From Nageia nagi (taxonomy: Eukaryota; Plantae; Pinophyta), in NCBI GenBank assembly GCA_050084985.1, contig JBITNC010000001.1, positions 146,010,001 through 146,074,000 of the forward strand: 64,000 nucleotides of DNA, read 5' to 3'. The notes beneath the pieces were generated by a model that saw nothing but the letters and a program-made list of their open reading frames with translations, was not told the DNA's origin and did not search any database. Positions 25,750-36,975 of this stretch are shown here, piece by piece. Every line of letters begins with the position of its first letter. Position 1 is the first letter of the stretch. Made by a program: the position numbers and the translations under genes.

Positions 25750-26302
25750 TGTTAGAATCTCTCCTATACAGCGGAAGCAAAAACAAAGATACAAGAGAGA
25801 TAGAGTGCAGTAAAGACAGAACACAGTAAAGTACTTTATTTTTAATTTCTAAAACTTACGAAAAAAGAAATACAGAGTACAGTAACAGATCACAATCTAC
25901 AATTTGAATTGCCTAAAATTCTTAGCTCTGCAAACTACCTATTTAAAACAAAATGCCCATGATGTGGCTACAGGAGAAGAATCCACGATTTGTTACACAA
26001 TCATGCCATCCACATTAATTTCTTCCCGTTAGATCATTAAGCTAGTGTAACAGAACTGCAGCTCATGGTGGGAAGATTGCCGCTCTTATTTAAAATTTAA
26101 ATCTACTTAATAGGCAAGGAGGTGGGTGACATCATACAAAGAGAAAGAACAGCACAAACCGGAGAATGGAAGAGGTGACGTGAGCTAAAGAAGGTTCCGG
26201 GGTCCGGAGAGGTGAAGACAGATAGAAAGAGATTCCGGGGTCCGGAGGATGGATTTCATACGACAAGCATTCCGGACTCCATTGAGATTATTATTTTCAA
26301 CA
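25750..26302 (-). repeat. 5' LTR of the copia element
   Basis: Adjacent to the PBS; direct repeat of 21016-21568. Confidence 0.97.
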
Positions 26303-26391
26303 GGAGCCCTTCTGCTAATTCTTCTCTTTCTTCTCCACTGAGTTGGTGTTGGTTTTTTTCCCTGAGGAGGATTCGGTTCATCGATTTCCAT
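26303..26391 (-). pseudogene. 5' end of the same gene (MEIDEPNPPQGKKPTPTQWRRKRRISRRAP), separated from its body by the copia insertion
   Basis: ATG in strong context (ACAGCCATGG) at 26389-26391. Removing the element and one GGAGC joins ...RRA-P to TAQYHN at 21010 in frame. CpG-rich like the gene body. Confidence 0.6.
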
Positions 26392-26825
26392 GGCTGTTAA
26401 GTAGAAGCTCCTCCTTCTTGCTCCATGAATTTGAATATTACAGGCCGTGTTTCTTTTCTTTATAGCATAGTGGAGGCAAGATATGAAAGAACCGAGAACA
26501 GCGAGCGAATGACCCTCTTGAGCAACATACTCGCCCTTTAAATTTCTATTGATTGTGGTCTGTGAAAGAAATTGAAGTTTTAGGATAAGATATAATAACA
26601 CTATACCTCACAAACCAGATATGTTGAAGGTTTACAAAATATGAATGGTTTCGAACTCAGCTATAATATGATACGTATTTGACGTTGGTGTTCGAGTTGG
26701 AATTTGAAAATGTAGTGATGGTAAGATGGACGGACATACAAATATTTTAAGGGAATAAATCGGTATTGATTATGGATGAATTTCATATTATTATTTTTAC
26801 ACCATAAAATAAGTAGATAAAAAAA

Positions 26826-29220
26826 TTTTTTTTTTTTAAATAATGATAAAGAAAATCTATTAAAGAATAAGTGTTTTTACATAAAAATGGGTGCATAGCA
26901 TACTTCCTAGTGGTACTAAATTAATCTAGTAAGGTTATAATAATTTATCAAAACTATAAAAACTTCTAGCCAACTAATCACATAAAAAAGTAAGCTAAAA
27001 TACCATACAATTATTCACTCATTGATCTTGTTGGAAGGGGCCAACATATCTTCACAACAATCCACTTGATGTCAATCGATATTAGATGGAATTGAAATGC
27101 TCCAACCATTATAAATGATGTTACGAGAAATATTATTGTCAAGGTTGTTGTATACATAACACTATGGTCACTAATGCCATGAGGAGTGGGAATGCTACCA
27201 TTATCTCTTCAATTAACAATCATCCCATAAGCAACTACATGAACATCTCCCCATTGTGCAATTGGTATGTAATAGCTATATGGACATCTTCCCATCCCAT
27301 AACTAGGTCTATAATAGTTGGTTAGATATCCAAACCACTCACCTACAAAGAAGAATTCAACCCAGTTGTACTCTTCTACTTAGAAAATGGTGGAGCTTGA
27401 GACCAATATCTATTGTAGTAAAGATACCCCTTTTGGGAACGTATCCTAGAGTATAAACAAAATCTTGAAGAGGTATCAATTGGGGGCATCCTAGTGATGG
27501 TCAAAAGTATGTTCTACCAATGCTCCAATAGGTCTTGTAGGTACTAAAGATCCATATTACCTTTCTCCACTTGTCCATAAATTTGTAACCAATAGTCATT
27601 AAAAATATCATACTTGTAAGCAATTGAGAAAGAAGTAGGAACAACATCATCGAAGAAAAAAAATTTATTATAAATTTTTAAAATATAGAATAAAATATTA
27701 ATTCTAAAGATATTCTAGACTTCAACTAATGGTCAAGAGAAATTAGGAAAATCTTATAACAAAAATTGCACTCTACAGAAGGAACATAACATAAAGGGTT
27801 GAAAGAAATATTTTTGTTATGTCTATGCCATTTGAGCTTTATGAAAATACAAGAATACATAAAAGCAACTTTTAGATTCATCAAAAAAATAATAAGTGTG
27901 ATTTAAACTCCCAATTATTTCAAATATTTACCCAATGGAAGCCCTTGTAAGGGTAGGCTTCAAGAATACTAAGCTTTATTTTTCATAATGTTAGAAACCC
28001 ATACCATCTTAAAATGAAGATTCCACTTTGAAGAGAGCTACAAATAAATGAATTGGGTTTTGTACATGGGTAAAGGAATGTTCCTTGACCAACTCTAATA
28101 TGGATAGCATGGTCATTGAATATGTTTAGCTACCATAGGCCATAAAAATAAATAACTCTATGAAGGACAACATCATAGGTAAGCTTATCTTATGGCCTGA
28201 ATTATGAACATATCTTAAGTAATCCAACCCTTGGGTTGGACTTAGAAAATAAATTCATAATAGATGTAATACATTACTTACAATATATTTTAACATATGG
28301 TTTGAGGTAGAGGGTTTCCTTAGTAAGTTAGTACATATAACCACTATACATTAGACTAACAAATATAATATCTCTTCTTAAAACCATCATCCTTTTTATA
28401 AACCTAAGATTTAATATATTTTCAAGCTCACTAGATACTTTGAGTAACAAAGGAACCTTGAATCTTGATTTGAATAGGGGTTGTAATAATCAAATGTACT
28501 TTGAGCATATAACAAAGTTTCTACCAATGAGAATGCTTAAAGATAATTAATGGATAATTATTCCATTCCAAGCCTCAATCCTTTCTAATGCTCTAATAAT
28601 AAACTCTTTATAAAGAACTAAACCTTGGAAAACATAGTTAAAATAGCCCATATAAATAGAATGCTTGGGAAGGAAAGCAAATTCCCAAGACACTCTACAA
28701 AATCCCTCTTTTTAAAAGGAATTAGGTTTAAAAAATCATATTGTATTCTTTCAAGTTTCATGTAATATGTCTTAGAAGGAACTTGATAAAAGGACTAATA
28801 AACATGTGTGGTAGACAAAATCTTGGAGCACACTCAAAACTTACCTACAAGGGAAATATTTTTAGTAGTCTCATATAAAATATTTTTTAAATCTTGTACA
28901 TCATATAAGTCCAAATTTGAGTAGAAGATCCATAAGGTGGAGAGAATACTAATAAAGCTTTGACCTAGTTAGATTTAATACCATTGATATTGGGCTAATA
29001 AATTCATAAGGGGATTCATATATTATCGATTATCCTAGGAACCCACTATCATGGCATCTTGGTAAACATCAAGTAAATCTAAGCTTAAACCATATCCCAA
29101 AGTTCTTTTTTTAATTTTTTTGGGAAAACTACCCAAACCAATGGTTTGATTAAGTTTTAATCAAATAAATATTCTATGAGAGATCGTCAAAGGTAAGAGG
29201 ATCCTTACACTAATCTTTTA
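26826..29220 (-). mobile_element. Decayed L1-type LINE, 3' part of ORF2 with poly(A) tail
   Basis: T12 run at 26826-26837 (poly-A on the minus strand). Minus-strand translation near 28730-28875: KNISLVGKF*VCSKILSTTHVY*SFYQVPSKTYYMKLERIQYDFL, matching the post-RT region of plant L1 ORF2 (LSLAGKxxxxxxIL...LERxxRDFLW). 5' boundary uncertain. Confidence 0.6.
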
Positions 29221-31899
29221 TGAATAACAAACATGTTCTCCAAAATAACTACTTAACATTCAACAAGGTCTTTCTATCTAGCCTTTGTAGTGGGCTTAGA
29301 AGGAAATACGTTTTTGATAATGTTGCAGAAAGCCATTATGATGCAATGAAGAGAAGTAGTGCATTCTCCATACTCTTGAATGAATTTGAATTGAATAGCT
29401 TAAGGAGGAGGTATACCCTTACATATAGCACCTACACTAGGCACTCCCTTGTTCTATTATATATTTTTCTATAATTTTGTTGAGTTTTTTTGTTAATCAT
29501 GGATATTAATACAATTTATATTTATAGTTTTTAGTTATAAAATAAGGTTTTACCATACCACCTAACCTATTTGGGCTTTATATTGACGAAAATGAATAAT
29601 TGATCTCAAAAATATTGGGATAAAGTGTTAGATATTTTTTATATTTTATTACCAAACTTTTTATCTTACTAGGCAACATCATCTTACTATCTCATAGGAT
29701 ATATCGACTTCAATTATAGGTTAAAATCTTAAATACCTTCTATGAAATATGTAGTCTTACCAATAATCTTAAAAAGATTAATCTGATATCCTTCAAAATA
29801 TCAAGATTAAATGCTTCCAAAATTGACTTCCTAAGGATAACCTATTTAGGTACCCACCTCTTACACATATCTAGGTATGCTCTTCATTGATCCTACTTTT
29901 AATGTGATCCTCCCATAATAAATTAAATAAGGGTTATACTACAACTGTTGTACTTGAGAGACAATGCTCTCAACTCTAATTCAAAGATTCATAGAAATAT
30001 AATCAAAATCTTCTATTTTATTTCCTCAATCATGCTCTATGAATGTGAATTTTTGAGATCTATTTATAGATATTCTTGTTGGTAAAACATTAATAAGGTC
30101 TTAGTCAATATACTCTCTAGATCTATTGAGGCCAAAAGAATGACCCCTTGTTCCATGTTTTTAGGTGAATTCAATGAATTCCTTATGTTTGCAGCTGCAA
30201 TATTACATATTATCAAAATTTTAAATAATATCCATCATATAATTCTAATATATCCTAACTCGATGAGAGACTACCTCCTTATATTCATAACATGATCTTT
30301 AACCATTTTACCAAAGATATCAATAAAAGTCTAAAGAATGAAATCTATGGAGATTTCCCCAAGATAATATAAATTAAACCAACAAAATCACTTTCACCAT
30401 AGCTCTTACAATATCCTTAGACTTACTTCAAACTAGAGAATGATATTATTTTCATCCATGATTACATAATGCTATACATACCTTATGGTATTTATTTCTT
30501 CCTTAGCTAGATAAGAATTTTTTCGCATCAACTTTGGATTAAGATAGATCACCATATCCCTAGATACTAGCACATGTATAAACTATGGAATATGAAATCA
30601 AACATTAAAGAGAATTTCATATTCATATATCCTATAGACAATGATATTCATGTTTACTTTCATTGCTTATATATAGGCTCCCACATTCTAAAATCATAAA
30701 TGGATTACAAAAACCACAAATATATCATGCTCTATAAATATTAGAAAAATCATCTTCTTCAAATTAAATGTGATCATCAATATATCTTATAGCATATCAA
30801 GGCCCAAACTTATCACATATTAGTTTTCACCATAGGTAGCTCTAACTAAACTAACTATGGTATATCACTCTTCTTATAAAATAAGAAGCCTCTTGATAAC
30901 AACATAGGCTATAATTTTATGAAGTTCCTTGTATTTTTGTATATAGGTTCCATACCTTCTTTAAAATTATTGAATTTCAATTCTCTTTTCTATCTACTCC
31001 ACTCTTACACATCAAAGTTACACTAGGCACTTTGTTTCCCTCATGATATGTATTTTTCTATAATCTTATGTACCATATTTTGATACTTATAGATATTAAA
31101 ATAAATTAATCTACTACTACAAACAATAACAATTAAATCATAGTTCTTAATATAATCACATACCATGAGTGAGAATTATAAATAATTATATTGATGTATG
31201 TAGATTATATATTTCATATAAAATTATTATTCTAGTTCTAAAAGCTCTATGTATCTTGAAAATGGCTAGTAAGACCAATGAGTATGAGGTAATAAAATAA
31301 AAGGAGTTGATGAATTGTAAAAGGCCTTTAAAATAAGTGAATGTATAAGTATATCAGTAATGCATTTTATATATGTAAATCATATTATTTATAGTTATGT
31401 AATATTTCACTCATCTTAAACAAAATATGTGTTTGGTTTTAAGTGATTATATCTTTGATGACTGTGGGTGGTTATACTTGACATATTTAAGCTTTGTCAC
31501 TTTATAAACTAAGTACTTAATTTTTAATTATATTTTATTATGGTAATTAGAATTGATGATAATATTAAAAATTTGGTTTATTTATTAGTAATAACATCCT
31601 TGCAAATGATGATAAATTATCTTTGCAAATGTAAACATGAATTCAAATGTGTAATTTTAATATTTGTAGAGATAGGTATCAATATCTTACATAAATAAAA
31701 ATATATTTAAGTATGGAATAATAGACAATACTTATTTGGTATATTGTTATGTTATACAAAAATATATTTTTCTATGGTGTAGATTGTTATCTTCAATTTT
31801 ATAGTATATAATTTTACCTTACAAGAATTATCTTATATTAATTCTTTAAAGAAATAAAGTATTTATTGAAAATAATTACCATTAATAAAATTATTATTA

Positions 31900-32130
31900 T
31901 GACATCATAGAGGGTATAACTTCTCTTTGAGGGCATCCATGAATTCATTCTAGTTAGAAATGGATCAGTCAAGTTCATGTTTGAGATTTTTTCCATAGTT
32001 TCCCCACCAAATTAATGCATGCCCTTCCATATTTAGTATGAGAAAAGATATATTTTGCTCACCATTTGCTACTCCTCAAACTTGTAAATAAACCACCTAT
32101 TTATTTATCCAATGGTTAAGATTCTTGAAT
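31900..32130 (-). mobile_element. Gypsy gag remnant
   Basis: KNLNHWINK*VVYLQV*GVANGEQNISFLILNMEGHALIWWGNY resembles gag (KLxxWLxQLEVYF...KISFAxLKLEGHALxWW). Confidence 0.65.
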
Positions 32131-32664
32131 TAATATCAAAGCACCAAGAAGCATAAGAATACAAGACACCATAAATCAATTACAATATGCACTACTCAGC
32201 ACCAAGGATACAACATTCATGTATTACCCAAATATAAAAGGGTATTGATAGATGTAAATAGTAATAAGTATCCATATATATATATTCTTAAATAAACCTC
32301 AAGATCAACCAAAGGTATTTCATAGGTATCAAGATATTACCACAATTTAGGTTAATTCTCAACTAGATACATTTATTATCCTTTACTATCTCAATAACAT
32401 GTGATAGTAAATAACATAATACACTATGCCTACATAAATAATAGTACATTGGTTCTAGTTCATAATAAATATGATAAATATCATCCCATGGTTTCTTATA
32501 TTAATGCATTAATCATTTAAATGACTCACTCATCTAAACCATCAATGATTATACCCATAAACCATCATCAAAACTTTATTCATCTAATTACAATAGTAAT
32601 TATACTTCTCATCATTTACACATTTTTTGAATATTGGGCTTCCTAGTATTTTTCCTAAGTCATA

Positions 32665-33597
32665 TGATGCACCATAAAATGTTCATAACTTTTGATCCGA
32701 CCGTCTCCCATTAGGTCTTCTTGTTCTGCATCCGTCTGAACCTCAGATCTAACTTCATCAACTGTACTTTCACCATTAAATCTTGGATCTAGATGGCCAT
32801 TCATATTTCTCTCTACCATGCGCTCAATTGCACCAGTTAGTTGCATTATTTGGGCCTGCAGATCCTCGATCTGCCTACTCATTTGAGTATAGGCACCTCT
32901 AGGTGCTCTGCCTCCTCTCCTAGGTGGCATCTTCTTCAATTTTCTTTTCTTTCCTTTTTTTTTATTTTTTTTTCCCAACGAGATCACACCCGCTCTGATA
33001 CCAAATGGTGCAGATTCCCTTAGAAGATCCAAATAAATCTCCAAAAAGTAATTGATTTACACAACAAGCAAACCAATGGAAGAATAACCTTTTTTAACAC
33101 ACACTTTATTTTATTCTTTTGAATCTGCACTACCTTTTTTCCAGGTCTATTACAATAGCTCATATAGCCAAGAGAAAACTTGCACTTCCAGAAAATCATG
33201 AACTATCCAAAAACTCGTACTTACTAAAAATAGAAACTTTCCAAAAATAGACAAATGGAAACTTTCTAAAAATAGAAAGGTCCTCAGATCATGGCCAAAC
33301 TGGGCATGCAAGCTCAGTTAACAAGGACTAAAGGAACTCTCACTTATTATCTTAAACAAACTCTTACAACAAAAGATATTAAAGTCTACTTATTGAAAAA
33401 TCCTGAAAACTGACACTAAAAGCTAATTTTGAGGCACTAAATGATGGATTTAGGTCAATCGGAAAACTTTCCATTTGGATGCATGCCTCCCATAGGAGGT
33501 TGCCACCGCATGATAAAAACCCATATCTAGCTCTCCTCAAAATTTCAAGACGATCCGACAGTCGGATCAAAAGTTATGAACATTTTATGGTGCATCA
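32665..33597 (-). mobile_element. 933-bp gypsy-derived insertion: single LTR, iMet PBS and truncated gag, closed by an inverted copy of the LTR tip (37-bp perfect TIRs), with 5-bp TSD TCATA
   Basis: TGATGCACCATAAAATGTTCATAACTTTTGATCCGAC at 32665-32701 and its exact reverse complement at 33561-33597; TCATA at 32660-32664 and 33598-33602; LTR 33006-33597; PBS TGGTATCAGAGC at 32992-33003. Confidence 0.9.
32702..32930 (-). pseudogene. gag: Truncated gypsy gag N-terminus (MPPRRGGRAPRGAYTQMSRQIEDLQAQIMQLTGAIERM...)
   Basis: ATG at 32928-32930 about 60 nt after the PBS; MPPRR start and coiled-coil typical of chromoviral gag. The frame runs on through the inverted tip to a stop at 32655-32657. Confidence 0.7.
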
Positions 33598-36500
33598 TCA
33601 TAGTCCTAGTATTTCATAAGTCTAGTATTTAGAATATGATATATTGTAATAAAGTATATGTCTTGTAGTGATAAAAAGTACTATGTATAGTGTGTCTTAG
33701 TTGGGTCCACCTTGTATATTCTAGTCTTGAGAATGTTGTAGATCTATTCTAGAACTATATATGTATTTTCTCATTTAAAGAATAATCTAGTAATTATTTC
33801 TCATTTAGTATCAAACCATTTTTAATATAGAGGGTTAAAGAAAACTTATGGCTAACAAATTAGGAGATCTTTATTAAGAAAAGAATATCCACCTAAGGGC
33901 CTACTATGTTGTATTACAACAACAATAGGTCATGGTAGAGTGAGAAGGATCATATGAGTAGCTCATAGTATTGTGTAGGAAAAGGTAGCATGATTCTACC
34001 AACCTATGAAATCATAGATAAAATAGTTCATGAGGTAAAGGAGGCCAAGCTATGTAAAGATTTGTTTGCTCTATGATTCTATACATGAAGGAAAACCTTC
34101 TTAGTGAGCCCCCACATTTATGGAATAACCCAACATTAGTAGGGAAAGATATGCATTCAAAATAGAATTTGCATAATTAGAGAAGATCATACATCTACAA
34201 TTGATTATACTACAAGAAGAGTTTTTTCCCAAAAGAAGAAGTTCAACTATTGTAGCAATGTCGATATTGTAAAAGGATACATATTTCATTCAAATAATAA
34301 TCCTAAAGAGGCCAACAATAGGGAAAGCAGACTAAAATATGGAGGCTACCATATGCCTACGTACCTAGGAAAGAGGATATCAAGATGTGTAAGATAGTAT
34401 ATAATCATTTTGTAAAGATTTGTACTATCGATTTGCATTCATACATGTGTAGGAAGATCTTTATACTTGAAGTAAGTGAAGAGGTAGATGATAAATAAAT
34501 CCTTCTACACCCATATAATGGGTATTTTTGAAATGGATATTAAGGCATATTTGCTATAATAAAATCATAAGCTCATAGGAGAATAAGCAAGTCAACATAT
34601 ATAAGTAAATAAGCATCCTCTATCAAAGTAAAGAGGGTCAAATATTGCATTTAATAGACTATCCAAATGTATAAATTATTTGTTGATTGGTTGCCCGAAA
34701 TATGCCTCTAGATTAGTAAAGAGATGATTTATGCATGTATAGAACATGATTTTTTTGGGAAAATTCATTTAGTCTTTTCTTGGTGAAGGAATGAACATTG
34801 TCTCAAGGTGAAAGAAAGCATGATCCCCATGATACCTCATTTCTCCAAAGGTAAATATGCATTTTGATAACTATTGAGGTGATTACAAAGGAGAGAAGGT
34901 AAATCATTGGTTACTACAAAAGGAACCAAATTTGGTATAAAATTGATAGGTACAACCTTTAGATTTTATTTAGGAAAAGATATCTTGACCAAAATATCAT
35001 TAGAAGGCTCAATGCTAAAATAAGAATAACACTGGAATACAACATTGACCCACAAAGTTTGTAGAAAGACATAAATGAAAGAGGTTGAGAAGACATTCAT
35101 AGGAAAATTATATTAAATAAAGGGGAAATAAAATATAATCTAAAGTGGAAATTAGGTCTTTCTCTAGTGAAACTTCATGAAAGGACTACACAAACTCTAT
35201 TCAACCAACTGTTTAGAAGATTGTTGCCTACCTTTGGAGGAAATTAGTGAAGGAGAATCTTCTTGAAGTTACAACACCAATTAGTTGGAGAAATTAATTT
35301 TTTATGTAAAGATAAAAATAGTATTATTATTATTATTATTATAGAAAAATAATCCAATAAAAAGTGAATAAATTTGCAAAAGTAATCCTTAATTACTTTT
35401 ACTTTAGCAATGATAGATGTTCTTAAAACATAGAAATTGATGTTTCTTTGATTGATATAATGCATTTGTTTCCTCACTTAAATATTGGAGAATTATTTTT
35501 TGAAGAAAAAGATATAGATAAAGAGACAGTTTTTGAAGACCACCAAAATGAGATAGTTGAAGAATCTCTTCTTGTAGAGATGGATGAAATAGAGTGTTGT
35601 GTGGAATATTGTTAGAATCTTGTCAAAGAGAGTGATGATGAACTTATTATTATGGGTAAGAGAGAAGAAGATGATAAATTCCTCATGAAGAATACATATG
35701 ATGAATGTCTCATGAAGGAGACATATCAAAAAGACTATTCAATGAAGACACAAACTCATTATTTACCAAAATCATGGGGCATCAAAGGTAGGGTATTTCC
35801 AAAAATACCATAGTATCAAAATTTAATATAAATTATACCATGGAAATATTTTTAAATACATACTATATACCAAAACAACAAGATGTAAGTTGAGATACTT
35901 GATCCCATATCATCAATAAATTGTAACATTAAAACAATAAAGTATTTGAAGTATCAAAACTATTAATATGATAATATATATGTATACAATATGTCTATGA
36001 ACATATATTTTAAGACTCAAATTAGGTCAAGGTTTCCAACAAGTTATGATCTCTAAAGTGGTATGTTAAACAAAAATTATCTAACTAAGCTTATTCAAAA
36101 TCTTATTATATGATTAAACTGGCTAGTAGATAACTTAAGGACTACATTAGAGGTACAAAATGCTATTTATTTAAAGCTATATTCAAGTGATTAAATTATG
36201 CTAAATAATTAACATTTAAAAATATACTAATTTTATATTAGGTAAATAGGACTTATGACATCAAACCAACTATCATTTACCTCCAAACAATTAAGATTGA
36301 AATAAATTTCTATAAGTATCATAAGAGTAGCTCCTAGCATGGTGCATGATAAGGTAATGAGATTTTGGTAACCTATAAAATCATAGATAAAATATTTCAT
36401 GGGGTAAAGAAAGCCAAGTGTTATAAATATTTGGTTTCTCTATGATTGCATCTATGAAAGGGAACCTTCTTAGTGAGGTCCCACATCCATGGAAGGACCT

Positions 36501-36975
36501 TATGTTAGTAGGGAGTGACCTATATTCAAGATAGACTATGCAATCAAAGAATAACATAGATCTATAAATGATTGTGCTACAAGAAGAGGTTACACCAAGA
36601 AGAAAAAGTTCAACTATTGTATCGATGTCAATGTTTATAAAAGGAGATAGCTTTCATTCAAACATCATTCCATAAGAGGTCAATAATAGAGGAGGCATAC
36701 TAAAAGATTAAGGATTCCATAAGCATGTAGAGTTGGGAAAGAACATGTGAAGATATGTAAGATAGCTATAATCATTTTATAAAGATCTCTCCATCGATAT
36801 GTAGTCAAACTTGTGTAGGAAGATCTCTATCCTTGAATTAAACAAAAACTTACATTGTATGTTGCACCCTCCCTAGCCACATTTGTGAAGAGGCAAATGA
36901 TAAAGAGTTACTTATACAATAGTATACCATGTATTTTTGAAGTGGATATTAAGGCATATTTTCTATGTGAAGATA

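Larger units (their letters stand above)
21016..26302 (-). mobile_element. Full-length Ty1/copia LTR retrotransposon (5287 bp), young but disabled; Ivana/Oryco-like by size and gag style
   Basis: Two 553-bp LTRs (TG...CA), 5-bp TSD GGAGC (21011-21015 and 26303-26307), iMet PBS, PPT, domain order gag-PR-INT-RT-RH. Confidence 0.98.

Noticed and set aside
26185-26601. 138-aa ORF as a stand-alone gene
   Set aside because: It is a chimera of upstream sequence, the host gene's first 30 codons and LTR read-through.
29380-31080. Weak direct repeat (about 29410-29520 vs 31000-31110) suggesting LTRs
   Set aside because: Similarity is short and degenerate, and termini, PBS and PPT are not identifiable.
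32992-33003. tRNA-Met-like sequence (also at 25738, 16158, 55976 and 60916)
   Set aside because: Only 11-13-nt primer-binding sites next to LTRs, not tRNA genes.
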